Source: Mobula hypostoma
Taxonomy: Eukaryota
Direction of reading: 5' to 3'
Assembly: GCF_963921235.1 (NCBI RefSeq)
Contig: NC_086097.1
Location: forward strand, 225,682,001-225,746,000
DNA: 64,000 bases
In this document: piece by piece, positions 48,458 through 60,862 of the stretch
Layout of the letters: each line of letters opens with the position of its first letter
How positions within the stretch are numbered: position 1 is the first letter of the stretch
Position numbers and translations under genes: made by a program
The notes under the pieces: model-generated
Databases searched by the model: none
What the model was told of the DNA's origin: nothing
What the model saw: the letters and a program-made list of their open reading frames with translations, nothing else

Positions 48458-51400
48458 GAGTTGAACAATCCACACCAGGGATGCGTGAAAAGAGCTGCTT
48501 TTTGGTCAGTGCGGCAACTGAGATTTCTAAAGTAGAGTTTCGCAGCAGTTTTTCTGATTTGAGAAGCAACCAATCAGCAAGCAGCATTGCATAAAAAGAG
48601 TTACCTTTCAGTCAGGTCCATGCTCAAGATTTAAAAAGCAGAGCTTCGAGCCAGTTTTCTCTGAGTTGGACAATCCACACCAAGGGTGCATAAAAAGAGC
48701 AACTTTTTAATCAGGGCGGCGATTTCGAAAGTAGAGTTTTGTAGCAGTTTTTCTGATTTGAGGAGTGACCAATCAGCAAGAAGGATTCTTTAGGAAGGCC
48801 AATAAGAATAATTCATGTTCAAGCAGAGTGGCCAATTAATTTGGAGTTTGCCAGTCTTTATAGTGACTTTGGCTCATCAGGCTTAGGTGAGATCGGGCAT
48901 GGATGAGGTAGATTGTCTTGTAAGTTACACCGTCTGTATTCTTACATATTTGTTCATTCCTCATCTATTAATGCATAGTATAGTGAGTATGGCTCCAGGG
49001 GCAGGATTTTGTACTGCATGTGGAGATGTGGAAAGCTTGAGAGATCTCCAGTCTCCCAGATAAGCATACCTGCACTAGGTGTACCGAGTGACAGACTCTG
49101 AGAGAACATATTAAGGAACTAGAGCTGCAGCTCAATGACCTTCAACTCATACGGGAGAATGAGGAGGTGACAGATTGGAGCTACAGGGAGGTAGTCACCC
49201 CTAGGCTGCAGGAGATAGGTAACTGTGTCACTATCAGGAGAAGGAGGTGAAATGCACGGCCATTGCAGAGTACACCTGAAACCATTTCCCTCAATAATAA
49301 GTATACAACTTTAAATATTATTGAGGGTGGACAACCTACCGGGTGGGGTGGGGGGGCAGTGGGGAGCCACAGTAACGGGGTCTCTGGTACTGACTCTGGT
49401 GCTGTGGTTCAGAAGAGCAGAGAGGTGAAGAGGACTCAGTGTTGATAGGATATTCTTTAGTCAGAGGAAGAGAGATGAGATTCTGTGGGCAGGATAGAGA
49501 CACCCGGATGGTATGTTGACTCCCTGGTGTCAGGATCAGGGATGTCTCCAATTGTATCTATGGCATTCTCAAGGGCAAGTGTGGATAGCCAGAAATTTAG
49601 GTAAAGATTGGCACTAATAACATAGGCTGACAAGGTGAGGAAGTCCTGAAGAGAGATTTTAGGGAGGTAGGTAGAAAGCTGAGAAACAGGATCTCCAGGG
49701 TAGAAACCTTTGGATTGCCACCTGTGCCACAAGCCAGTGAGGGTAAGAAAGGATGATTTGTCAGGTGAATGCGTGGCTGAGGAACTGGTGCAGGGTGCAG
49801 GGGTTCAGATTTATGGATCATTGGGATCTCTTCTGGGAATGCATGACCATAAAAAAGGGACAAATTACACCTGGTCCTGAGGAGGTCCAAAATCCTTATG
49901 GGCAGGTTGGCTGGAGTTGTTTAGGTGGGTTTAAACTAATTTGGCAGTGAAATGGGAAATGGAGTGATAGTACTGGACATGGGGTAGTTGGGTTACGAAC
50001 AAAGGCAATGTGTAGTGAGATTCCAAGCAAGAAGAGGCAGATTATGGGGCAAAATTACAGTCAACAGGATGAGTTGCAATGTAAAAGGCATACAAAATCG
50101 AAGAGTAAATACAGGATTAAAGGTGTTATATCTGAATGCACAGTACATGGAACAAGGTCGATGAACTTGTAGCACAGTTATAGATTGGCAAGTATGATGT
50201 TGTAGCATCATGGAATCATGGCTGAAAGAAGATAATAGCCGGGAACTTAATGTTCATGGATACACATTGTATCAAAAGAACACTCAGGAAGGCAGAGGGC
50301 GTAGTGTAGCTCTGTAAACCAAATCATTAGAAAGAGGTGACATTGGATTGGAAGACATAGAATCGTTCTGGATAGAGCTAAGGAACTGCAAAGGCAAAAA
50401 AAATCCCTGATAGGAGTTATATACAGACCCCCAAACAGTTGTAAGGATGTGATCTACGTTGCAACAGGAGATAGAAAATAGATGCCAAAAGGGCAATGTT
50501 ACAACAGTCATGGGGGTTTCAATATGCAGGGATTTTGGGAAAATCAGGTTGGTGTAGAATTTCAAGGGGGAATTTCAAGAATGCCTACAAAATGGCTTTT
50601 TAGAGTAGCTTGCTGTTGATCCCACTAGGAGATCAGTTATTCTGGACTGAGTGTTGTGCAATGAACCTGAATTGATTAGAGAGCTTGAAGTACAAAAACC
50701 CTGAGGAGAAATTGTTCATAATGTAATCACATTCACCCTGAAATTTGAGATGGAGAAACTAAAGTCAGATATATCAGTATTACAGTGGACTTAAGGAAAT
50801 TACAGAGACATTAGAAAGGAGTTGGTCAGAATTGATTGGAAAAGAACACTGGCAGAGATGATGGCAGAGCAGCAATTGCTGGAATTACTGGAAGCAATTC
50901 AGAAAGCACAGGATAGATACATCCCAAAGAGGAAGAAGTATTCTAATGACAAGACATCACAAACTTAGCTAACAGAAGAATTCAAAGCCAATGTAAAAGC
51001 CAAAGAGAGGGCATAAAATAGAGCAAAAATTGGTGGGAAGTTCAACGATTTGGAAACTTTTAAATACCAAGAGAAAGCAACTATAAAAAGTCATTAAGAA
51101 GGTAAGGATGGAATATCCATTTTTATTGGGTAAAGAGCTACTCAATAAAATTAATGAGGTTATGAAAATTTTCTTCAGATACCTGAAGTGTAAAAGAGAG
51201 GAGAGACTGGATATCGAAACGCTGGAAAGTGATGCTGGAGAGGTAGTAATGGGTGACAAGGAAATGGCAGATGAATTGAATTGGTATTTTTGCATCAGTC
51301 ATCACCATGGAAGATGTTAGCAGTATGGAGGAAGTTCCAGGTATCAGAGATCATGAAGTGTGTGAAGTTACCGTTACTTCAGAGAAGATTCTTAGGAAAC

Positions 51401-52928
51401 AATTGAAAGGTCTGAAGGTAGATAAGTCACCTGGACCAGATGGAGTACACCTCAGGGTTCTAAAAGAAATAGCAAATGAGGTTGTGAAGGCATTAATAAT
51501 GTTCTTTCAAGAATCACTTGATTCTAGAATGGTTCCACAAGACAGGAAAATTGTAAATGTCACTCCGCTCTTTAAAAAGGGAGAGAGGCAGAAGAAAATA
51601 AATTATAGGCCTGCTAGTCTGACCTCCATGGTAGGGAAGATGTTGAAATTGATTGTTAAGGATGAGGTCTCAGGGTACTTGGAGGCACATGATAAAATAG
51701 GCCGTAGTCAGCATGATTTCCTCAAGGGAAAATCTTGCCTGACAGATCTGTTGGAATTATTTTAAGAAAAAGCAAGCAAAATAGACAAAGGAGATTTGGT
51801 TGATGTTGTGTACTTGGATTTTCAGAATGTTTTTGATGAGGTGCTACACATGAGGCTGTTTAACAAGCTACACGCCTATGGAAAATTTCTAGCATGGATT
51901 AGCAGGAAGCAAAGGGGGGGGGAATAAAGAGAATGTTGGGACTGATTCTTTTAACATTATATGTCAATGATTTGGATGATGGAATTGATGGCTTTGTTGT
52001 TAAGTTTGCAGATGATATGAAGACAATTGGAAGAGCAGGTAGTTTTGAGGAAGTAGACTACAGAAGGACAGTCAGATTAATAGAATGGGCAAAGAAATGG
52101 CAGAGGAATATAGTGCTGCGAACTGTATGGTTATGCACTTTGGTAGAAGAAAAGAAAGGGCTGACTATTTTCTAAATGGAGAGAAAATACAAAAAAAAAC
52201 TGAGTTATAAAGGGACTTTGGAATGCTTGTGCAGCATTCCCTAGGGGTTAATTTACAGGTTGAGTCTGTAGTGAGAAACACAAATAGAACGTTGGCATTC
52301 ATTTCAAGAGGACTGGAATATAAAAGCAATGATGTAATGTTGTGACTTTATAAAGCACTAGCAAAGCCTCACTTGGAGCACTGTGAGTTGTTTTGGGCCC
52401 CTTATCTTAGAAAGGATGTGCTGAAACTGGAGAAGGTTCAAAGGAGGTTCACGAAAATGATTCCAGGATTGAATGGCTTGTCATATAGAGTGCATTTGAT
52501 GGTTCTGGTTCTGTATTCACTGGGATTCAGAAGAATGAGGGGTGACCTCATTGAATCCTATCAAATTGTGAAAGGCCTTGATACAGAGGATGTAGAGAGG
52601 TTGTTTCTTATGGTGGGAGAGACTAAGACCAGAGGGAGCAGCCTCAGTATAGAGGGGTATCCTTTTAGAACGGAAATCAGAAGGAACTTGTTTAGCCAAA
52701 GAGTGCTCAATCTGTGGAATTCATTGCCACAGGCAGCTGTGGAGGCCAAGTCTTAATGTATATTTCAGGCAGACATTGATAGATTCTTGATTGGTCACGG
52801 CATGAAGGGATATGGGGGAAGACAGGAGATTGGGGCTGAGAGGAAAAATAGATCAACCATGATGAAATGGCAGAGCAGACTCATTTGGCAAATGGCCCAA
52901 TTCTGCTTCTATATTTATGGTCTTATGA
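48458..52928 (+). mobile_element. Full-length but decayed CR1 (5' UTR, ORF1, ORF2, 3' UTR)
   Basis: ORF1 from ~48989: Cys pairs (FCTAC, TCTRC), coiled coil IKELELQLNDLQLIRENEEV, esterase-like LIG.SLVRG..RFCG.DRDTRMVC.LPG; ORF2 from ~50120 (VLYLNA) through KFADD to NLWNSLPQ; tail at ~52900-52928. Confidence 0.85.
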
Positions 52929-54585
52929 TTTAAGAATTGAGGATTGGCAGGAGGCAAAGAGACTGTGGTTGTGTGGTTGGCTGCTGGTTACTAGTGGTGC
53001 TCCGCAAGGGTTGGTATTGGGACCAGTTCTTTCTATGTTGTATGTCAATGATTTGGATGATGGAATTGATTGCTTTATGGCCAAGCCTGGAGATGGTACA
53101 AAGATAGGTGAAGGGGCAGGTAGTGTTGAGGAAGAAGAGTTTGGAGAAGAATTTGGACAGATTGAGAGAATGCGCAAAGAAATGGCAGAGGGGATATAGT
53201 ATGGGGACGTGTATGGTCATGCTCTTTATTGAAGGAATAAGAGCATAGACTATTTTCTGAATGTGGAGGAAGTTCAAAAATCAGTGGTGCAGTGGGACTT
53301 GGGTGTGATTGTGCAGGATTCCCTAAAGGTTAACTTGCAGGTTGTGAGATGGTGGTAGCATTCATTTCACAAGAATTAAATTATAAAAGCAAAGCTGTAA
53401 TGCTGAGGCTTTATCAGCATTGGCCAGACTGCACTGCGCGGCCGTTCCGAATGAATATCGATTATGTGTAACTAGGGGCTGTGCACAATCCGGATTTGAT
53501 GGAGACAGCCGTGAGAAGCGCAGAGGAACATCTGGAGTAACTTCTGAAATGCCTGCTTTGCTGCCGCTGCTACTGTGCGATCTAGAATCTCCAGAGACGA
53601 AGGCCCCAAATCCTCGGCTTTGCGTATCGCCTGCTGCCGGGGCTGGCTCGAAGCGCTCGACAGAGATGGTGCTCGGTGCTCAGTGTTGAATAGGTGGTCG
53701 GAGGCTCAGAGTTATTCGGACAGACTCGGCGTCGGACTGTGGTCGGATGCTTCCGGGATGCTGCACCGGCAAGTTGGCGGCGCTGGAGGTTTACCGTCTG
53801 CATGAGATGATGGGACTTTCGAGAGACTTTGAGACTTTTACTGTGCCATGGTCTGTTCTTATGAAATTACGGTATTGCTTTGCACTGTTGTAACTATATG
53901 TTATAATTATGTGGTTTTTGTTAGATTTTAAGTTGGTTTGTCATGTGTTTTTCGTGATATTCTGGAAAAGCATTTTATCATTTCTCAATGCATGCATTAC
54001 TAAATGACAATAAAAAGGGACTGCGTGTCCTCATAATCATAATATTGTGAGCGGTGTTTGCCCTTTTATCTATGAAACGATATGCTGGCATTAGAATGGT
54101 CATCCCAGAAATGAAAGCTTTTATGTTTGAGGAACATTTGTTGACTCTGGGCCTGTACTCACTGAAGTTTAGAAGAATCAAGGGGATCTCATTGAATCCT
54201 ATCTTCTGTTGAAAGGCCAAGATAGTGGATGTGGAGATGTATTAAGTATAGTGGGGGAGACTAGTCCAGAGGGCACAGTCTCAAAAGAGAGGGACATCCA
54301 CGAAGAACAAAGATAAGATGGAATTTCTTTGGCCAAGGCGAAGTGAATCGGTGGAACTCATTGCAACAGATGACTGTGGAGGCTAAGTCACTGAGGATAT
54401 TTAAAGTGGAGGTGGTTATATTCATTAAGTTCTTGATTGGTTGGGGTATCAAATGTTACAGGGAGAGGGCAGGGGAATGGGTTTGAGAGGTATAATAAAT
54501 CAGCCATGATGGAATGATGGAGCAGACTCGATGGGCAAAGTGTCCTAATTCTGCTCCTATGTCTGAAGGTTTTATGATCTTATGG
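52929..54585 (+). mobile_element. CR1 RT-to-3' fragment with a nested non-coding element
   Basis: VTSGAPQGLVLGP..YVNDLDDG; resumes after 54043; 3' UTR at ~54500-54585. Confidence 0.85.
53435..54043 (+). mobile_element. Non-coding LINE-mobilised element, homologous to 19491-20160
   Basis: Shared blocks GAAGGCCCCAAATCCTCGGCTTTGC, GGATGCTGCA.CG, GGGACTTTCGAGAGACTTT and TGTAACTATATG.TATAATTATGTGG; tail AATAAA..GTCCTCATAATCATAAT. Confidence 0.8.
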
Positions 54586-55404
54586 TCCTGTACCTCCTCA
54601 TTTATGGTACTACTGAAAAGAGCTTTTGTCCTGGATGGCGTTGATCCTTCATGATAGATGAAGTTGTCCTCGATGGTGAGAAGGCTAGTACCCATGATCG
54701 AGCTGGCTCTGTTCACAATCCTCTTCAGCTTTTTCCGGTCCTGTGCCTCCATACCTGGGAAGTTACTTGGGAAAATCCCATGCGTTTCTCTGTATATGCC
54801 AGTGGAAGTCATAGGTCGAGGCAAGTGAAAGAGGTCTTGAAGAGAACAGCTATTTCATTCCCATCATTTACCCTAATAAATCCTTTCATGTGCTCCTTTT
54901 ATATGAAAAATCACAAGCATGATCAGATCTATGTTGGGCAGTTTGTAAGTGTACCAAATTACTGGGTATAAAGATCAATATACTTTTCCGCAATGTGAAG
55001 AAATTGAAAGCAGTATTGGAAAGTCTCATTGGAAGCAGCTTTTAAATTTTGTTTTATGTGCTTTTTATTGTTATTTTGCTTACAGAAGAGCTCGTTTTGA
55101 GTTCTCAACAGCAATGAGACAGAATTTGATTGGTGCCGCCTACTGCTCACATTTGCTGTGCAAGTTCCCCTTTCCTGTACTCCAACCTACCTTCTCCAAT
55201 TTGGAAGAGTAATCTCAAATGTCCCTGGAGCTCAGCAGGGAGGCTCTGAGGTGAGAGAGGCTCTCAAACAATGCCTAGAGGCTAACAATGCCCTGCTCAT
55301 AACCTCAGCACCATGCATCAGAAATACCAATTGTCAACATTTCTGAACAGAATCAACAAAAGGCATTTAAAAACATTTTGAGGTAGATTGTAGGACATCA
55401 CGTC

Positions 55405-56265
55405 AAACTTCAAAATTCAAAGTAAATTTATTATCGAAGTTCATATATGTCAACATATACAACCCAGAGATTCATTTTCCTGCAGGCATACTCAATCAAT
55501 CCATAACAGACTAATAACCGTAATAGAATCAATGAAAGGCTTCATCAGCTGAGTGTTTAACCAGTACGCAAAAGAAAACAAACTGTACAAATACAAAAAC
55601 AAAGAAATAATAATAAATAAATAAACAATCAATATCAAAAACGTGAGATGAAGAGTCCTTGGAAGTGAGTCCATAGGTTGTGGCAATTTTTCAGTGGTGG
55701 GTCAAGTGAAGTTGAGTGAAATTATCCACCTTGGTTTAAGAGCCTGAAGGAGGAGGGGTAATAAATGTTCCTGAACCTGGAGGTGTGAGTCCTGAGGTTC
55801 CTGTACCACCTTCTGATGGCAGCAGTGAGAAGACAGCATGACGTACGTGGTGGGGGCCCCTGATGATGGATGCTGCTTTCCTCTTTCGTATAGATGTTCC
55901 CAGTGGTTGGGAGGGCTTTACCTGTGAAGGACTGGGCCGTGTCCACTACTTTTTTGTAGAATTTCCCATTCAAGGGCATTGGTGTTTCCATATCAGGCTG
56001 TGATGCAGCCAGTCAATATACTTTTCACTTCACATCTATATAAATTTGTCAAAGTTTTAGATGTCATGCTGAATCTTTGCAATATCCTAAGAAAGTAGGA
56101 GCTCTGCCATGCTTTCTTCATAATTGCAATTACGTGTGGGGCCCAGGACAGGTCTCTAAAATGATAACACCAAGGAATTTAAAGTTGTTAACCCTCAACA
56201 CTTCTGATCCTCTGAGGACTAGCTCATGGACCTCTGGTTTCTTCTTCCTGAAGTCAATAAACAGC
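55405..56265 (-). mobile_element. Rex1/Babar-type LINE 3' end (smaller related piece at ~54585-54750)
   Basis: KKVVDTAQSFTGKALPT..NIY and YRNLRTHTSRFRNIYYPS; tail (TTCAAA)n on +. Confidence 0.85.
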
Positions 56266-57421
56266 TCTGTTCTGCACATTGGCTCCATTGCAGTTGAGAA
56301 ATTTCCAGCAGATCTCAGCCACCTGTTTCAGGGCATCCATTGCAAATTCAAGGCATGTATTTTAGTTAGACAGTGCCTGGGTTTTTAACACATTTATACA
56401 TTATAGGATTATCACCTTGCTATTGATTGCAAACAATTGGTTTTATTGTCAGGAGCTCATAATAATCTTTGCTGGCTTTGAACGATTAAAAGCAACATGT
56501 AATGAATTTATTACTCCAATCACATAAATCTTCAGCTTATGACTAATGATAACAAAATATATTTCTGACTGAAAAATTGTTTTATGATAGAGATCGAGTC
56601 TCATTCCATTTTGATTTACTTACTTTCATCAATGCTTTCTTTGGCACTGAATGTTATTATCTTAACCACAGCAGCTCCAGGAGGCTGTATGTTAATACAC
56701 AGTTGGGTACCTGGAGTTGAGAATAATATGCATTGCAATTCATACTCATTCATTTATTTTTTAAACCTTTCACATGCAAGGGATATTTTTTAAAGATGTT
56801 TTTAAAACTCTAAGTTTCTGATTTTTTTTAAAATTCGAAAACCTTGTGCATGCTTTCATGACCCCATGGCAAATTAACAGGTGAGTAAATCTCTTCAACT
56901 AACTGTTGACCAACAATTCATCATCAATATTAACGGCATTGTTTCTAATCTAGTCAGAGAAAGCTATAATACAAAACAGCCACTTCCTGAGCAGTGCACT
57001 TGGAAACAGCTTTATGCCTCACAAGATCCGATGGTGCAGGGAAGCATAGAACAGCCTTAAAATTTAATGCACCCGTGCAGTGAACCTCTATTCTGCTGCT
57101 GAATGCGTCTATGAACAATTCTACAGCTGTCTCAAGCAGCTTGCAATAACAAAGAAAGTTACTCTGTTTCCCATTTCAATCATCCACTTTCCACTAACCT
57201 CCGTTGGGAGGCACACCTCTCCATGCTTAGTGGAGATTGAGCATCTCTGAAAGAAGGATAAGCACGCTCTGATGAGACAAAGTCATAAAAACATTTCCGA
57301 CATTCCAAAGATTGGATATCATGGGTGAAGCAAGCTCCCGAGCCTCCACCTCCCCAATATATCCTTCATGTGAACAACTGAACTTGTGTCATTCAATTTC
57401 ATCCTCCTATCTTCTACACGT

Positions 57422-57715
57422 AGGGTGGCACATTGACATAGCAGTTAGCGTAACGCTTTACACTAGCGACCAGAAGATCAGGGTTCAATACACTCTGCTG
57501 CCTGTAAGGAGTTTGTGGGTTCTCCCCTTGAATATTTTTCCTCTGGGTGCTCTGCTTTCCTCCCACATTTACAAAATGTACAGGTTAGATTTAGCAAGTT
57601 GTGCTCATGCTATGAATTATGGTGACCCTTGCGGGCTTCCCCCCGCACTGTGATGCTCGTTGATGCAAAGGACACATTTCACTGGATGTTTTGGTGTATA
57701 TGTGACAAATAAAGT
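57422..57715 (+). mobile_element. tRNA-derived V-SINE-like element
   Basis: A-box-like TAGCAGTTAG, B-box-like GGTTCAATAC, V-domain-like GGAGTTTGT..TTCTCCCC..TTCCTCTGGGTGCTC..TTTCCTCCCACA, LINE-like 3' end with AATAAA. Confidence 0.75.
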
Positions 57716-57967
57716 CAAGTCAAATTTATTGTCATGTAACCATATACATGTATACTGTCAAATGAAACAACATTTCTCCAGACCGGGATGTAAAGCACAT
57801 TTCATAATACAATAACACACAATAACTTGGGAAAATAAGAATTAAATCTTCAACTGAATTACACATAGGTAAACAAAGTAAAGTGTATAAATTAAATATT
57901 GCAGGGTACAGTACAAATTATCCGATGACTCTTCGAATGCGATACAGCAGGGAATTCAGAAACCTAA

Positions 57968-60757
57968 ATGGATGAATTGAAAGTGCAGATTGTTATGGTG
58001 GATGAATTGAAAGTGCAGATTGTTATTAATGATTATGATATAGTTGGGATCACAGAGACATGGCTCCAGGGTGACCAGGGATGGGAGCTCAACGTTCAGG
58101 GATATTCAATATTCAGGAGGGATAGACACGAAGGAAGGGGAGGTGGGGTGGCGTTGCTGGTTAAAGAAGAGATTAACGCAATAGAAAGGAAGGACATAAG
58201 CCGGGAAGATGTGGAATCGATATGGGTAGAGCTGCGTAACACTAAGGGGCAGAAGACGCTGGTGGGAGTTGTGTACAGGCCACCTAACAGTAGTAGTGAG
58301 GTCGGAGATGGTATTAAACAGGAAATTAGAAATGTGTGCAATAAAGGAACAGCAGTTATAATGGGTGACTTCAATCTACATGTAGACTGGGTGAACCAAA
58401 TTGGTAAAGGTGCTGAGGAAGAGGATTTCTTGGAATGTATGCGGGATGGTTTTTTGAACCAACATGTCGAGGAACCGACTAGAGAGCAGGCTATTCTGGA
58501 CTGGGTTTTGAGCAATGAGGAAGGGTTAATTAGCGATCTTGTCGTGAGAGGCCCCTTGGGTAAGAGTGATCATAATATGGTGGAATTCTTCATTAACATG
58601 GAGAGTGACGTAGTTAATTCAGAAACAAAGGTTCTGAACTTAAAGAGGGGTAACTTTGAAGGTATGAGACATGAATTAGCTAAGATAGACTGGCAAATGA
58701 CACTTCAAGGATTGACGGTGGATATGCAATGGCAGGCATTTAAAGGTTGCATGGATGAACTACAACAATTGTTCATCCCAGTTTGGCAAAAGAATAAATC
58801 AAGGAAGGTAGTGCACCCGTGGCTGACAAGAGAAATTAGGGATAGTATCAATTCCAAAGAAGTAGCATACAAATTAGCCAGAGAAAGTGGCTCACCTGAG
58901 GACTGGGAGAAATTCAGAGTTCAGCAGAGGAGGACAAAGGGCTTAATTAGGAAGGGGAAAAAAGATTATGAGAGAAAACTGGCAGAGAACATAAAAACGG
59001 ACTGTAAAAGCTTTTATAGATATGTAAAAAGGAAAAGACTGATAAAGACAAATGTAGGTCCCCTGCAAACAGAAACAGGTGAATTGATTATGGGGAGCAA
59101 GGACATGGCAGACCAATTGAATAATTACTTTGGTTCTGTCTTCACTAAGGAGGACATAAATAATCTTCCAGAAATAGTAAGGGACAGAGGGTCCAGTGAG
59201 ATGGAGGAACTGAGCGAAATACATGTTAGTAGGGAAGTGGTGTTAGGTAAATTGAAGGGATTGAAGGCAGATAAATCCCCGGGGCCAGATGGTCTGCATC
59301 CCAGAGTGCTTAAGGAAGTGGCCCAAGAAATAGTGGATGCATTAGTGATAATTTTTCAAAACTCGTTAGATTCTGGACTAGTTCCTGAGGATTGGAGGGT
59401 GGCTAATGTAACCCCACTTTTTAAAAAAGGAGGGAGAGAGAAACCGGGGAATTATAGGCCGGTTAGCCTAACGTCGGTGGTGGGGAAACTGCTGGAGTCA
59501 GTTATCAAGGATGTGATAACAGCACATTTGGAAAGCAGTGAAATGATCGGACAAAGTCAGCATGGATTTGTGAAAGGAAAATCATGTCTGACGAATCTCA
59601 TAGAATTTTTTGAGGATGTAACTAGTAGAGTGGATAGGGGAGAACCAGTGGATGTGGTATATTTGGATTTTCAAAAGGCTTTTGACAAGGTCCCACACAG
59701 GAGATTAGTGTGCAAACTTAAAGCACATGGTATTGGGGGTAAGGTATTGGTGTGGGTGGAGAATTGGTTAGCAGACAGGAAGCAAAGAGTGGGAATAAAC
59801 GGGACCTTTTCAGAATGGCAGGCGGTGACTAGTGGGGTACCGCAAGGCTCAGTGCTGGGACCCCAGTTGTTTACAATATATATTAATGACTTGGATGAGG
59901 GAATTAAATGCAGCATCTCCAAGTTTGCGGATGACACGAAGCTGGGTGGCAGTGTTAGCAGTGAGGAGGATGCTAAGAGGATGCAGGGTGACTTGGATAG
60001 GTTGGGTGAGTGGGCAAACTCATGGCAGATGCAATTTAATGTGGATAAATGTGAAGTTATCCACTTTGGTGGCAAAAATAGGAAAACAGATTATTATCTG
60101 AATGGTGGCCGATTAGGAAAAGGGGAGGTGCAACGAGACCTGGGTGTCATTATACACCAGTCATTGAAAGTGGGCATGCAGGTACAGCAGGCGGTGAAAA
60201 AGGCGAACGGTATGCTGGCATTTATAGCGAGAGGATTCGAGTACAGGAGCAGGGAGGTACTACTGCAGTTGTACAAGGCCTTGGTGAGACCACACCTGGA
60301 GTATTGTGTGCAGTTTTGGTCCCCTAATCTGAGGAAAGACATCCTTGCCATAGAGGGAGTACAAAGAAGGTTCACCAGATTGATTCCTGGGATGGCAGGT
60401 CTTTCATATGAAGAAAGACTGGATGAACTGGGCTTGTACTCGTTGGAATTTAGAAGATTGAGGGGGGATCTGATTGAAACGTATAAGATCCTAAAGGGAT
60501 TGGACAGGCTAGATGCGGGAAGATTGTTCCCGATGTTGGGGAGGTCTAGAACGAGGGGTCACAGTTTGAGGATAGAGGGGAAGCCTTTTAGGACCGAGGT
60601 TAGGAAAAACTTCTTCACACAGAGAGTGGTGAATCTGTGGAATTCTCTGCCACAGCAAACTGTTGAGGCCAGTTCATTAGCTATGTTTAAAAGGAAGTTA
60701 GATATGGCCCTTGTGGCTACAGGGGTCACGGGGTATGGAGGGAAGGCTGGGTTCTGA
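57968..60757 (+). CDS. CR1 LINE ORF2 (APE endonuclease + reverse transcriptase), uninterrupted 929 aa, slightly 5'-truncated
   Basis: [94 protein letters not shown]. Confidence 0.95.
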   Translation: MDELKVQIVMVDELKVQIVINDYDIVGITETWLQGDQGWELNVQGYSIFRRDRHEGRGGGVALLVKEEINAIERKDISREDVESIWVELRNTKGQKTLVGVVYRPPNSSSEVGDGIKQEIRNVCNKGTAVIMGDFNLHVDWVNQIGKGAEEEDFLECMRDGFLNQHVEEPTREQAILDWVLSNEEGLISDLVVRGPLGKSDHNMVEFFINMESDVVNSETKVLNLKRGNFEGMRHELAKIDWQMTLQGLTVDMQWQAFKGCMDELQQLFIPVWQKNKSRKVVHPWLTREIRDSINSKEVAYKLARESGSPEDWEKFRVQQRRTKGLIRKGKKDYERKLAENIKTDCKSFYRYVKRKRLIKTNVGPLQTETGELIMGSKDMADQLNNYFGSVFTKEDINNLPEIVRDRGSSEMEELSEIHVSREVVLGKLKGLKADKSPGPDGLHPRVLKEVAQEIVDALVIIFQNSLDSGLVPEDWRVANVTPLFKKGGREKPGNYRPVSLTSVVGKLLESVIKDVITAHLESSEMIGQSQHGFVKGKSCLTNLIEFFEDVTSRVDRGEPVDVVYLDFQKAFDKVPHRRLVCKLKAHGIGGKVLVWVENWLADRKQRVGINGTFSEWQAVTSGVPQGSVLGPQLFTIYINDLDEGIKCSISKFADDTKLGGSVSSEEDAKRMQGDLDRLGEWANSWQMQFNVDKCEVIHFGGKNRKTDYYLNGGRLGKGEVQRDLGVIIHQSLKVGMQVQQAVKKANGMLAFIARGFEYRSREVLLQLYKALVRPHLEYCVQFWSPNLRKDILAIEGVQRRFTRLIPGMAGLSYEERLDELGLYSLEFRRLRGDLIETYKILKGLDRLDAGRLFPMLGRSRTRGHSLRIEGKPFRTEVRKNFFTQRVVNLWNSLPQQTVEASSLAMFKRKLDMALVATGVTGYGGKAGF

Positions 60758-60862
60758 GTTGGATGATCAGCCATGATCATAATAAATGGCGGTGCAGGCT
60801 CGAAGGGCCGAATGGCCTACTCCTGCACCTATTTTCTATGTTTCTATGTTTCTATGTTTCTA
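60758..60862 (+). repeat. CR1 3' UTR with stem-loop and (TTTCTATG)n tail
   Basis: GGTGCAGG (60791-98) pairs with CCTGCACC (60822-29); 8-mer tail repeats at 60833-60862. Confidence 0.9.

Noticed and set aside
57422..57495. tRNA gene
   Set aside because: Degenerate A/B boxes run straight into a V-SINE body; no complete cloverleaf.
58096..60780. Antisense ORFs overlapping CR1 ORF2 (similar ones at 4419-5877 and 46353-47211)
   Set aside because: Expected shadow ORFs of an open or nearly open LINE frame; no independent motifs.
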